Below are positions 18,187 to 26,914 of a stretch of 58,539 nucleotides of DNA, piece after piece. The number at the start of each line of letters is the position of its first letter. Positions within the stretch are counted from its first letter, which is position 1. Made by a program: the position numbers and the translations under genes. The DNA comes from Enterobacter phage Mulvp2, in the sequence record OR508996.1; one strand, given 5' to 3'. The notes under the pieces are model-generated. The model was given only the letters and a program-made list of their open reading frames with translations, made no database searches and was not told the origin of the DNA.

Positions 18187-18285
18187 ATGATTCGAACAGA
18201 AAAGAAATTAATTTGTTGTGCTGTCGAAGCGTATATTTGGCAACTCGCGAATAATAAATATATCGGGTACGGTGATTTAAAATGA
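18187..18285 (+). CDS. 32-aa leader ORF translationally coupled to TerS (TGA overlaps ATG 18282)
   Basis: ATG 18187 after SD GAGGACGG. MIRTEKKLICCAVEAYIWQLANNKYIGYGDLK. Preceded by a TAAATAATTAATCGG box and TATAAT. Confidence 0.3.
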   Translation: MIRTEKKLICCAVEAYIWQLANNKYIGYGDLK

Positions 18286-18899
18286 CTACCCAAGAACTGC
18301 GCGCTAAATTAGATTCGCTGGATGCAAAGTTTTGCGACTTGTATATTCAGCGCGATATTAATAACCTGGAGATTGCTGACATTGCGGCTAAACTGTGGCC
18401 TGACATGTTGCACCCGGCGCAGAAAGCGGCGCGCGTTCTGAAACGTCCTGACGTACAAGCCTACCTGACTGCGCTGCAGTCTGACTTCACGCACGGCGTC
18501 GAGATGCAGCTTGCAGAAATCCGTCTGCGACTTGCCCAGGACGTCCGCGGCGTGCACGACCGTTTCCCGTACCTGGAGTGGCTACCCGTTCGGGATGAGA
18601 AGGGGCGCACCCGGTTCAAACCGCACATCCTGTCCGTCGATGACATCCCGCCGGAGGATCGCCGTTATATCGCCATGCTGGAAGAATCGGATAACGGGTA
18701 TTACGCCGTGACGCTCGTTGATGACCTGCTACCGAAAGACCGGAACAAAGCGTACGAAATGCTGATCCGTATGCAGGGTGGTTTCAACGACAACGTGAAC
18801 CTGAATGCCAGCGTACGCACCGTCACCCCGGACGACGTGAACAACGCACCGGACAGCAAGGCGGCGTGCGACCTGTATCAACAGGCTATGAAAGGTTAA
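18282..18899 (+). CDS. terminase small subunit (putative)
   Basis: 205 aa. N-terminal HTH-like region and position immediately upstream of the HNH/TerL cluster. Confidence 0.55.
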   Translation: MTTQELRAKLDSLDAKFCDLYIQRDINNLEIADIAAKLWPDMLHPAQKAARVLKRPDVQAYLTALQSDFTHGVEMQLAEIRLRLAQDVRGVHDRFPYLEWLPVRDEKGRTRFKPHILSVDDIPPEDRRYIAMLEESDNGYYAVTLVDDLLPKDRNKAYEMLIRMQGGFNDNVNLNASVRTVTPDDVNNAPDSKAACDLYQQAMKG

Positions 18900-18936
18900 A
18901 ATAATTGTTGACGACGTGTACCGAGTGTCGTATCAT
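18896..18936 (+). promoter_or_regulatory. sigma70 consensus promoter cassette: TTAAAATAATTG UP-box + TTGACG -35 + 17 bp + TATCAT -10
   Basis: Member of a reiterated cassette family. Downstream GAGGAATTGAAAATG RBS for gene 18969. Confidence 0.6.
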
Positions 18937-18968
18937 TACCTCAACGAAACGAAATTGAGGAATTGAAA

Positions 18969-19289
18969 ATGATTAACGAATTCAAGAAAATCGCACCATA
19001 TATCGTCGAAGCAGTTAAAGAACGAGTGTCCAATGACATGAGCGATGATGAAGTGATGCAGATTATTCATGCTGAAATCGTGTCATTCTTCGAAAAACAA
19101 CAAAACATGTTTACTCAGTTTTTAACTTTTACATCCGAACAACGTGCTGTGTTCACCGGCGTTATGTATGATGTTCTGGCACCATTAGCGGCAACTGTTA
19201 AGACGACTCCGAACCCTATCTATCAGTCTTACGTTGAACGCACAGGTAAAACCGGAGCTTTGAACTTCATCACCCAGCGCGACGCGTGA
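18969..19289 (+). CDS. hypothetical protein
   Basis: 106-aa ORF from the ATG following the cassette RBS. Confidence 0.5.
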   Translation: MINEFKKIAPYIVEAVKERVSNDMSDDEVMQIIHAEIVSFFEKQQNMFTQFLTFTSEQRAVFTGVMYDVLAPLAATVKTTPNPIYQSYVERTGKTGALNFITQRDA

Positions 19290-19441
19290 TATACTCCCCT
19301 CATAGCACAGGGGAGCACCATGATAGACAAATCAACTTATCAAGCCCTGCGTGATGCGGGGCTTTTCCTATCAGCAGGCGATTGACAGCCTTTTTATTTG
19401 TCTGTACTGTAAAACAATTACGTGTAACGTAGAGATTAAAC

Positions 19442-19936
19442 ATGATTACGCAACAACTGCTCAAACATTTCCTGAACTACGACCCTGAAACAGGACACTT
19501 CACATGGCGTGTCAGAACTTCAAACCGTATAAACATTGGAACAATTGCGGGTACTGTCGATACAAACGGCTATTTGCGGATCCGTGTCTGCGGTAAAGTT
19601 CGCGCCGCACATCGTTTAGTATGGCTTTATGTACACGGATACTTTCCTGAAGGTGACATTGACCACGTTGACGGTAACAGGTTAAACAACGCTTTAAATA
19701 ACCTTCGTGAATGCAACCGTAGTCAAAACCTACTGAACAAACCTATTCAGGATAACAACGTAACCGGCGTGAAAGGCGTATGTTGGGATAAGCGCCGCCA
19801 GAAATGGGAGGCTTATGCGAAGCATCAAAACAAGAAAGTTCACATCGGTAGATTTGAAAACTTTGACGATGCGGTAAGAGCACGAAAAGAGTATATTGAT
19901 AACAATTATGATATGTCTTTTTATCGGGAAAAGTGA
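19442..19936 (+). CDS. HNH endonuclease with AP2-like DNA-binding domain
   Basis: 164 aa. HRLVWLYVHGYFPEGDIDHVDGNRLNNALNNLRECNRSQN is an HNH motif. C-terminal AP2-like VTGVKGV..WEAY. Adjacent to TerL. Confidence 0.8.
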   Translation: MITQQLLKHFLNYDPETGHFTWRVRTSNRINIGTIAGTVDTNGYLRIRVCGKVRAAHRLVWLYVHGYFPEGDIDHVDGNRLNNALNNLRECNRSQNLLNKPIQDNNVTGVKGVCWDKRRQKWEAYAKHQNKKVHIGRFENFDDAVRARKEYIDNNYDMSFYREK

Positions 19937-21690
19937 TGATTGATAGAGACACTTACACAGCTCTAACTCAGGCAGGGTTATCACATCAGGACGCGCTGAT
20001 CTCAGTCGGTGCGGATCCTCGCGTTATGCACTTCACACCAGTCGATTACAAAGCTGAATGCGAACGCCGTATTCGGTTGCTACAGCGGTTACGTAAAGAC
20101 CCTGAACTGGCTTTCGCTGCTCACACTCATTACAAACATAATCCTGTTGATTGGTGTTTAGATTGGGCCGTTACGTATGACCCGCGTAACGCAACACGTG
20201 ATTTACCAACGCTCATGCCTTTTGCTATGTTCCCTCGCCAAGTGGATTTAGTTCAATTTTTACATTCCGCCGTTCTTGATGAAGAAAACGGACTAATTGA
20301 AAAGGCGCGTGACATGGGTGCGACATGGGTTGCTTCCGCGTTCAGTGTCTGGTTATGGCTCTACTGGCCCGGCGCTGCGATCGGCTTCGGCTCACGCAAA
20401 GAAGAACTTGTTGACAGACTAGGTGATAGTAAATGTATTTTCGAAAAAGTCAGGTCTATTATTCGCAACCTGCCATCCGATCTGTTCTGGCCGAAAGGGT
20501 TTCATCCTGACAAACACATGACCTACATGAAAATCATCAACCCGTCGAACGGTGCGACGATCGCCGGTGAAGCGGGTGATAATATCGGTCGTGGTGGTCG
20601 TACGCTGATTTACTTCAAAGATGAGTCCGCACACTATGAGCGTCCTGAACTTATCGAGGCAGCGCTGGGCGATAACACCAACGTGCAGATCGACATCTCG
20701 TCAGTTAACGGGATGGGCAACGTGTTTCACCGTCGTCGCATGGCGGGCTTTGAGTGGAACCCGGGCTGCACTGCGCCGGCGGGCAAGACGCGCATTTTCA
20801 TCATGGACTGGAGTGACCATCCGGGCAAGACGCAAGCCTGGTACGATGCGCGCCGACAGAAAGCCGAGGATGAAGGTCTGCTGCACGTATTCGCCCAGGA
20901 AGTCGACAGGGATTACAGTGCGGCGGTCGAGAACATTCTGATACCTGCAGCATGGGTGCAGGCAGCGAAGGGTGCGCACATCAAACTCAACCTGTCACCA
21001 TCCGGTAAGCGCACCGCCGGGATGGACGTTGCGGATGGCGGTAGCGACGTAAACGCCCTGTGCATGATGCGCGGTATGCTCGTTGAGCACATGGAGACGC
21101 TCGCCGGTGACGGTGACGACGCGTACTATGATTTCCACGCCAAAGCTGCACAGCGCGGCGCACACGAATTCTGGTATGACGTAACGGGCATCGGGCGCGC
21201 TGCGAAAGTTGCCGCGAAGAACACCGAGAACGAAATGCCGGTGTTCGCCTGGGTGCCGTCCGGCGCTGTGGTCAATCCGCATGAGTCGATTATGGGCGAC
21301 GGTGACGAGGATGTGACGCGCACGAACCGCGACCATTACGCCACGCTCAAAGCGCAGGCGTGGTTCTATCTGCGCCGCCGCTTCAAGAAGACGTTCGACT
21401 GGGTGCGCACCGGCATTCCGTGCGATCCGGATGACATTATCAGCTTGCCGGAAAAAGCACCGTGGGTTGACAAGCTGATAACGGAACTCGGTCAGGTCAC
21501 GTACGGTTATCAGTCCGGCGGCAAGGTCATCGTGAACAAAGCGCCAGCGGGCACGAAGTCGCCTAACATGGCGGATGCCCTGGTCATTGCTGCGATGCAG
21601 CCTAAGCCTAACGCCAAAGTGATCGCTCGTCGTGCCACACCGCGCGCCGGACTCGTTCAGTCAGGTGCAGGAAATTACGACGGATTATAA
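19933..21690 (+). CDS. terminase large subunit
   Basis: 585 aa. Deviant Walker A KARDMGATW of the K-x-R-x-x-G-x-[ST] Terminase_6 type. Size and context fit. Confidence 0.85.
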   Translation: MMIDRDTYTALTQAGLSHQDALISVGADPRVMHFTPVDYKAECERRIRLLQRLRKDPELAFAAHTHYKHNPVDWCLDWAVTYDPRNATRDLPTLMPFAMFPRQVDLVQFLHSAVLDEENGLIEKARDMGATWVASAFSVWLWLYWPGAAIGFGSRKEELVDRLGDSKCIFEKVRSIIRNLPSDLFWPKGFHPDKHMTYMKIINPSNGATIAGEAGDNIGRGGRTLIYFKDESAHYERPELIEAALGDNTNVQIDISSVNGMGNVFHRRRMAGFEWNPGCTAPAGKTRIFIMDWSDHPGKTQAWYDARRQKAEDEGLLHVFAQEVDRDYSAAVENILIPAAWVQAAKGAHIKLNLSPSGKRTAGMDVADGGSDVNALCMMRGMLVEHMETLAGDGDDAYYDFHAKAAQRGAHEFWYDVTGIGRAAKVAAKNTENEMPVFAWVPSGAVVNPHESIMGDGDEDVTRTNRDHYATLKAQAWFYLRRRFKKTFDWVRTGIPCDPDDIISLPEKAPWVDKLITELGQVTYGYQSGGKVIVNKAPAGTKSPNMADALVIAAMQPKPNAKVIARRATPRAGLVQSGAGNYDGL

Positions 21691-21728
21691 AATAATTGTT
21701 GACAGTGTGAACAACGCAGGACTACACT
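21686..21728 (+). promoter_or_regulatory. promoter cassette TATAAAATAATTG + TTGACA + 18 bp + TACACT
   Basis: About 80% identical over about 80 bp to the minus-strand cassette at 37030..37106. Followed by the ACAGTGAGGAATTAGAGATG RBS. Confidence 0.6.
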
Positions 21729-21762
21729 CGCACTGTCAATTAAACACAGTGAGGAATTAGAG

Positions 21763-22095
21763 ATGTTTGAGCGGCTTGCTAAATTATTTCGGCGTAGTGG
21801 GGATAAATTGTCCGAGCTGAAGTGGCCTGATTCAAGAGAGATTGACTACACTCGTCAGGGTTGGGGTCATGCGTTACATATCGGCAAAAACTGGACCACC
21901 GAAAAACCCTTCAATATGACCGGTCATTACTTTGGGCGCGGTTTGATTTTTGATAAAGGTATCAAAGAGGGTGATGTGTTACTTATTGGTATGACCAACG
22001 GGTCGACAGGCAAGTTGCGTGTTCACAAAATTGAATGGTTCCGTGACCCGAATGACATGTTTTCGGCAAAAGTGCGGTTTGACGGGTTGAAATGA
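21763..22095 (+). CDS. hypothetical protein (moron-like, own promoter and terminator)
   Basis: 110-aa ORF. Confidence 0.5.
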   Translation: MFERLAKLFRRSGDKLSELKWPDSREIDYTRQGWGHALHIGKNWTTEKPFNMTGHYFGRGLIFDKGIKEGDVLLIGMTNGSTGKLRVHKIEWFRDPNDMFSAKVRFDGLK

Positions 22096-22130
22096 CCAGT
22101 CTATACTAACCGTGCTCACTGATGTTATTT

Positions 22131-22156
22131 GCCGCTGTAACAGGCGGCTCTTTTTG
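22131..22156 (+). terminator. rho-independent terminator GCCGCTGTAACAGGCGGC + TCTTTTTGGG
   Basis: Perfect 6-bp GC stem plus T-run. Confidence 0.5.
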
Positions 22157-22190
22157 GGCGTAATCGTAAAATAATTGTACGGAGTGTATT

Positions 22191-22442
22191 GTGACACGTA
22201 AACTGATTTACACACCTGATGCCGCCGGTGAGTACACTATCGCCGAAGAGTCAGAAAACTGGGTGACAGACATCGGGCAGGTAGAAAACGAATCGGATGC
22301 CATACTGTTCTGTGCTGCGCCCGATCTGCTCGAAGCGCTTCAAGGAGTAGTTAATAAATGGACTTTCGGTCCGGCGTATAACGCACCGGAATTCGTCGCC
22401 GCCCGCGCAGCAATCGCCAAAGCACTGGGAGAAACGAAATGA
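22191..22442 (+). CDS. hypothetical protein (GTG start)
   Basis: 83-aa ORF. A TAAAATAATTGTACGGAGTGTATT box and SD GGAG lie 6 nt upstream. Confidence 0.45.
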   Translation: MTRKLIYTPDAAGEYTIAEESENWVTDIGQVENESDAILFCAAPDLLEALQGVVNKWTFGPAYNAPEFVAARAAIAKALGETK

Positions 22443-22969
22443 CAAACACTGAACTGAACGAACTGATTATCACCAAACTGGGTATTAAGCCCGGCACTCT
22501 TTATGCCGACTTTGCGGTGAATGCTATGCGCTTCATGTGGCGAGCAAACGAGTATCGCGTGACCACCAATCTGAACGTCGAGAAAGTCGACGGTGCGTGC
22601 CTGGTGACAGACAGTGATGCGCGACAGCTTGAAAAACTGCTGCGCGGTGAACAGTGGGACGGTACCGGTCTGCCGCCGGTTGGGACTGAGTGTGAATACG
22701 AAGATAGCAACGGTAGGTGGGTACATGTTGAAATAATGTATCTATCGAAGTGGGTGATTGTTATGCGCAGTAAAGAGAACAATATCGGCCATGGGGTAGA
22801 CATTGCGAAAGACCTCGTAATGGATAAACTATGCCGATTCCGACCACTGCGTACAGAACGCGACAAAGCGATCGAGCAGATAGCAATCTATGTCAACAAT
22901 ACCGCCGCAGAAAATCTTTACGACGCGATCGTTGCAGGAAAGATTGACGGTCTGGGCAAGGTGGGCTAG
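22439..22969 (+). CDS. hypothetical protein
   Basis: 176-aa ORF with ATGA overlap. Confidence 0.5.
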   Translation: MTNTELNELIITKLGIKPGTLYADFAVNAMRFMWRANEYRVTTNLNVEKVDGACLVTDSDARQLEKLLRGEQWDGTGLPPVGTECEYEDSNGRWVHVEIMYLSKWVIVMRSKENNIGHGVDIAKDLVMDKLCRFRPLRTERDKAIEQIAIYVNNTAAENLYDAIVAGKIDGLGKVG

Positions 22970-23216
22970 TATTAAAACAGATAGTTTTCGTGTGCGACTT
23001 TGCGGACTTTTTAGAAACGGACCACAAAGATAAATGCAAACGATGACGTTGTTCTGATGGCGGCTTAACAGCCTGTAAATCAGTGAGGTATTCCAGTTCC
23101 TCATTACCTAATCTGGCGCACTGGCCCGGTGTGATTAATAATGGGCGCACAACAGGTAAGAGCATTACAGGTGACGGAGACTAGCGATTAGCTATATGCG
23201 AAAGCTCTAGAAGCCA

Positions 23217-23241
23217 AGGCGGTTCGACTCCGCAAGTGCTC
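23217..23241 (+). other. tRNA-like T-arm plus acceptor-3' fragment (GGCGG TTCGACT CCGCA AGTGCTC T), not a complete tRNA
   Basis: GGTTCGACTCC T-loop consensus and a 7-bp acceptor pairing with GAGCATT at 23159. No D or anticodon arm could be folded. Confidence 0.3.
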
Positions 23242-23480
23242 TTTCCGTTGTGGTGAACACGCGATATAGGCGCGATTCGGAAGATAGAATTGTCACAGTG
23301 GAGCTGACCAAACGATGAGAACCGGCAGATCTGAGTCAGCAGCGCGTCCCGGTTAAGTGACAGCCTGTACCACAACCGCTGATACCCTAACAGGAGGTGA
23401 ATCCTGTATCTTGCTGACAGGTAAGCTGTAAGCCGCCGGGTTAACATTGTGAAATGTGATAACGGCGACGAATTACCGCA

Positions 23481-23520
23481 TTGACGTGCGGTTTTCTTTG
23501 GTCTAAAGTATAAAATAATT
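23481..23520 (+). promoter_or_regulatory. promoter TTGACG-17-TAAAGT followed by a TAAAATAATTAATCGCGGAGTGTA leader box
   Basis: Same class of box as at 22166 and 18121. Confidence 0.5.
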
Positions 23521-23538
23521 AATCGCGGAGTGTACGAA

Positions 23539-23742
23539 ATGAAATGGTGGGTAGCTATCACACTGGTTGTAACAGCAGTCATATACGTCGTGCTAGCGTT
23601 GGCAGTTTTCGCAATAGCATTTGTCACATGGGATTTGAGTGTAATAACTGACGCTTTCCAAAAGCTAACCTGGTTCGGATTCAGAGCAGCAACCTTTGTA
23701 TCTGGGGTTATTGCGTTTTTCATAGTGACATTACAGGAGTAA
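23539..23742 (+). CDS. small two-TM membrane protein (holin-like topology)
   Basis: 67 aa. MKWWVAITLVVTAVIYVVLALAVFAIAFV...FGFRAATFVSGVIAFFIVTL. Confidence 0.5.
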   Translation: MKWWVAITLVVTAVIYVVLALAVFAIAFVTWDLSVITDAFQKLTWFGFRAATFVSGVIAFFIVTLQE

Positions 23743-23745
23743 CTA

Positions 23746-24024
23746 ATGCGAACGTTAGTAACCGCAATCGCCCTCCTGGTCAGCGCATCACTTCATGCTG
23801 AGACTATCTGGGTGACTAAATACGCACTGACTCGCGGCGTTCAGAAGTTCGAAAGCGCACAGTTGTTCGCTGACGGTAATGTCGCAGTGGTGGGTGACAC
23901 GTATTTCCGCAAAGGCGAGTATTACCTGTCTGAACAGGACGCCAAAGAACGCGCCGAGACGCTGCGTAAAGCACGGATCGCCGCACTGTTACGTGAGCTT
24001 GAAAGATTACAGGCGATTAAATGA
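23746..24024 (+). CDS. secreted small protein (signal peptide), paralog of the 6061..6318 product
   Basis: 92 aa. Signal peptide MRTLVTAIALLVSASLHA. Shared VTKYALTRG motif. Confidence 0.5.
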   Translation: MRTLVTAIALLVSASLHAETIWVTKYALTRGVQKFESAQLFADGNVAVVGDTYFRKGEYYLSEQDAKERAETLRKARIAALLRELERLQAIK

Positions 24025-24149
24025 TGAACGTCATAATGCAGGTCGAATTTAAACTGTGTGTCGCGGCAGCAACCGGCGACCAGGCAATGTGGGACCAGGC
24101 GCAGCGCCAGTTATACGTTTTGTTAACAGCTAAAGAGGTGAAGTGATGA
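24021..24149 (+). CDS. possible 42-aa coupled ORF (ATGA overlaps at both ends)
   Basis: MMNVIMQVEFKLCVAAATGDQAMWDQAQRQLYVLLTAKEVK. No strong SD. Confidence 0.25.
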
Positions 24150-24532
24150 TTATTAAGGATTTAGTTACAAACATTAAGCGCAACGGTCTTCTGACCTCAA
24201 TGCATCAACTTGAGGAACTGTACAAGATTGCTATTGAGAACGAAGAAATGCTTGCAGCGTCTCAGCGCGAGTTCCGTGCTGCTGATGCAACTATCGAGAA
24301 TCTTCAGATGCAGGTTGAGAAGCTGGCTGCAAACGCTGAAGGCTGCAAATGGGACGGCGAGCAATGGGTTGGCATATCTATAGAAACTCCAGCGACAGAC
24401 GCTTTCCTGGCTGAAGTGCGGGCGCAGGGTGTGGAGATGTTTGGCCAGTACCACAACTTCAGCGAAAAGCTATTCATCCAGAAAGAAGCGAAAAAGTTCG
24501 CCACCAAACTTCGCCGGGAGGCCGCCCAATGA
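24146..24532 (+). CDS. hypothetical coiled-coil protein
   Basis: 128 aa from ATG 24146 (SD AGAGGTGAAG). Confidence 0.5.
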   Translation: MIIKDLVTNIKRNGLLTSMHQLEELYKIAIENEEMLAASQREFRAADATIENLQMQVEKLAANAEGCKWDGEQWVGISIETPATDAFLAEVRAQGVEMFGQYHNFSEKLFIQKEAKKFATKLRREAAQ

Positions 24533-24927
24533 GCAACATCGACAAACTGAAATCAGCCGCAGCGAAAGCGGTCGATAACTTCGACCCGAATATGTTCGTT
24601 GAAACTCGCGACGTGCTGGCGCTGCTGGATGAGCTGGAAGCCAAGGACCAGCGAATCGCAGAACAGGCAGACGTAATCGCGAGGCAGGAGAAGTGGATTA
24701 GGGGTATTGAGGAAGCAATGATTACTGCAACTGACCGCGCTGAGGCCGCAGAGAAGCGGATTGCGGAGCTGGAGGCGCGGGAAATCAATCTGCCGCCATA
24801 TTCGTTCTTCGATTTCAAGCTTGGCTCTCCGTTCAAAAGTGGTGCTTATTGCCATATTGATTCTGTAAACAAAGAGCTATCCAAGTATGGCATCAAGATG
24901 ATCGCCGCAGCCGGTAAAGGAGAGTAA
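24529..24927 (+). CDS. hypothetical coiled-coil protein
   Basis: 132-aa ORF with ATGA overlap. Confidence 0.5.
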   Translation: MSNIDKLKSAAAKAVDNFDPNMFVETRDVLALLDELEAKDQRIAEQADVIARQEKWIRGIEEAMITATDRAEAAEKRIAELEAREINLPPYSFFDFKLGSPFKSGAYCHIDSVNKELSKYGIKMIAAAGKGE

Positions 24928-24929
24928 GC

Positions 24930-25130
24930 ATGGCTGATACAACCGCAGAGTGGAGTTTGTCACTCGATACCCAGTGCCCGCAGTGTAAGCACGTTTTTGA
25001 TTTGCGACCTCAACTTTTTGAAGGCTGCTCGTCTATTCAGATTTGCGAAACGGACACCGTGGCAACTCGTGACTATGAAACGGCATGCCCGGAATGCGGA
25101 CATGAATTTACATGCGACTTCGTGTACTGA
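24930..25130 (+). CDS. zinc-ribbon protein (CPQC...CPECGH)
   Basis: 66 aa. Confidence 0.45.
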   Translation: MADTTAEWSLSLDTQCPQCKHVFDLRPQLFEGCSSIQICETDTVATRDYETACPECGHEFTCDFVY

Positions 25131-25208
25131 GGACTAACCCATGAACAACATACTTTTCATCGGCGGTATTTCCATACCGTACATCCTCAACGCGTTACAG
25201 GAAATATT

Positions 25209-25391
25209 ATGCAACTTGCAATTCTGATCGTAGCCGGCACACTGAGTATTATTGGATTTGTTTTACTGTTCGAAGATATTCAGCACCGCAAAGGGTGGAA
25301 AGAGTATTTAGCCGACGCGACTATTATTCTTTCCGGGGCATTAGCGTTTACCTGGGTGGCGATGCAGTATGCGCACAGATTTCCCTTATGA
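25209..25391 (+). CDS. small membrane protein (two hydrophobic segments)
   Basis: 60 aa. Confidence 0.35.
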   Translation: MQLAILIVAGTLSIIGFVLLFEDIQHRKGWKEYLADATIILSGALAFTWVAMQYAHRFPL

Positions 25392-25707
25392 ACTGTACAC
25401 AACGCCGCTAGCTGTCCGGCTGGCGGTGAAGTATACCAACGAGGAAATACAGATCGGCAACAACGTCTATCTGTATTTCGAGCACACCGTGACGGATTAC
25501 TGGGTGATGCACGCCACCCCGGAACTGATTGATGCGATTAAGTTCAATCTGTCATTACCATACTGGGAGGAAATGCGCGAAACGTCATACTGGTTTGATA
25601 TGGTTGCCCATAACCAGGTGTTGTCTACCGGCATACCATATGAGACGGTGCGCAAATGGTATCCAAAAGGTGCAGATTTAACCAACGCTGTGTTACTATC
25701 GGATTAA
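25369..25707 (+). CDS. hypothetical protein
   Basis: 112-aa ORF. Confidence 0.45.
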   Translation: MRTDFPYELYTTPLAVRLAVKYTNEEIQIGNNVYLYFEHTVTDYWVMHATPELIDAIKFNLSLPYWEEMRETSYWFDMVAHNQVLSTGIPYETVRKWYPKGADLTNAVLLSD

Positions 25708-25731
25708 TCCGAAACAAGTACAGGTGACAGC

Positions 25732-26850
25732 ATGAAAATCACGGACCAGGAACTGAATGACGAACTGAAATCCGGGAAAACGATACGACAAATTGCTGCA
25801 GATCGCGGACTAGATGTCCGCAATTTGTGGCGGCGTAAAAGAGGCCTTGCCGCGAAAGGTCACGGTCACGGCGGCGATGTATCAAAACTCGTACCGGACG
25901 GCTATAAAGTGAAAGGCACGTCCACTCTCACTGACGCTGCAGGCAACACAAAACTGCAGTGGGTCAAGACTGACGTTGATACTGACCGTCAGCTTGAAAT
26001 GATGCAGCAGGCGGTCAAAGCGTTGTGTGCGGATATCACACCTGTCGATCCGGTTTATGGTCCGGGTTGCGTCTATAAAAATCTGCTCAACCTGTACACA
26101 ATCAGCGACTTCCACCTGGGTATGATGGCCTGTGAGGAAGAAGGCGGTGCAGACTTCGATGTGAAAATTGCCGAAGAACTGTTTGATAAATGGTTCAGTC
26201 AGGCGCTGCGTTCATCCCCTGAAGCGGATATCGCCGTCATATCCCTCCTGGGGGATACGCTGCACTACGACTCACTGAAACCTACCACCGTTGAATCAGG
26301 CCACGTTCTGGCGGCCGACACGCGTTATTTCCGCATGATTGAGATCGTAATGCGTATGACCCGTCGCGCTATCGATATGGCGCTGCGCCGGCATAACAAA
26401 GTGCATGTGGTGGTCAGTCAGGGTAACCATGACCCCGCGTCGTCTCTGTGGCTCACACAGGCGCTTAATCTGCTGTACGATAATGAGCCCCGTCTTACCG
26501 TCGACCCGTCACCGGACGTATTCAAAATGTTCCGCCACGGCGACACTGTGCTATTCTTCCATCACGGACATCGTGTTCGCTTTGACAGCATTGAATCGGT
26601 GATGATCGGCAAGTTCCGTCGCGACTTCGGCGAAACGAAATACGCGTACTGTCATGTCGGTCACCTGCACCACCAGAAAGTTGTTGAGTCGCGCAACATG
26701 ATTGTTGAGCAACACCGTACCCTGGCGGCCAAAGATGAATACGCATCATCCGGCGGCTGGTTCAGCGGTCGAAGCGCAAATGTTATAACGTACCACAAAC
26801 AATACGGCGAAGTGAGCCGCCTGACTATCAGCCCGGAGATGTTACGGTAA
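25732..26850 (+). CDS. calcineurin-like metallophosphoesterase with N-terminal HTH-like segment
   Basis: 372 aa. MPP motifs ISDFHLG (D-x-H), GDTLHY (GD), GNHD and HHGH. Confidence 0.7.
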   Translation: MKITDQELNDELKSGKTIRQIAADRGLDVRNLWRRKRGLAAKGHGHGGDVSKLVPDGYKVKGTSTLTDAAGNTKLQWVKTDVDTDRQLEMMQQAVKALCADITPVDPVYGPGCVYKNLLNLYTISDFHLGMMACEEEGGADFDVKIAEELFDKWFSQALRSSPEADIAVISLLGDTLHYDSLKPTTVESGHVLAADTRYFRMIEIVMRMTRRAIDMALRRHNKVHVVVSQGNHDPASSLWLTQALNLLYDNEPRLTVDPSPDVFKMFRHGDTVLFFHHGHRVRFDSIESVMIGKFRRDFGETKYAYCHVGHLHHQKVVESRNMIVEQHRTLAAKDEYASSGGWFSGRSANVITYHKQYGEVSRLTISPEMLR

Positions 26851-26914
26851 TAGACACCCCGCCCAACGCTCTGTTACACTAAAGGGAATATTAATGTAAC
26901 GGAGCGTCATTCCG

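Noticed and set aside
23159-23241. Possible intact 83-nt tRNA gene
   Set aside because: The acceptor and T-arm can be drawn, but no D-stem or 5-bp anticodon stem with a 7-nt loop exists at any register. Position 8 is A rather than U. Reported only as a tRNA-like fragment.
23059-23437. 9-bp long-range complementarity (GGCGGCTTA / TAAGCCGCC) suggesting a large closed RNA structure
   Set aside because: About 0.6 such matches are expected by chance within a 570-nt region, so it is not significant on its own.
23181-23723. 180-aa minus-strand ORF from the track spanning the non-coding gap and the 23539..23742 membrane-protein gene
   Set aside because: Antisense to a well-supported plus-strand gene with a promoter, RBS and TM pattern. 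Ser/Thr/Leu-biased composition and no RBS. Treated as a spurious frame.
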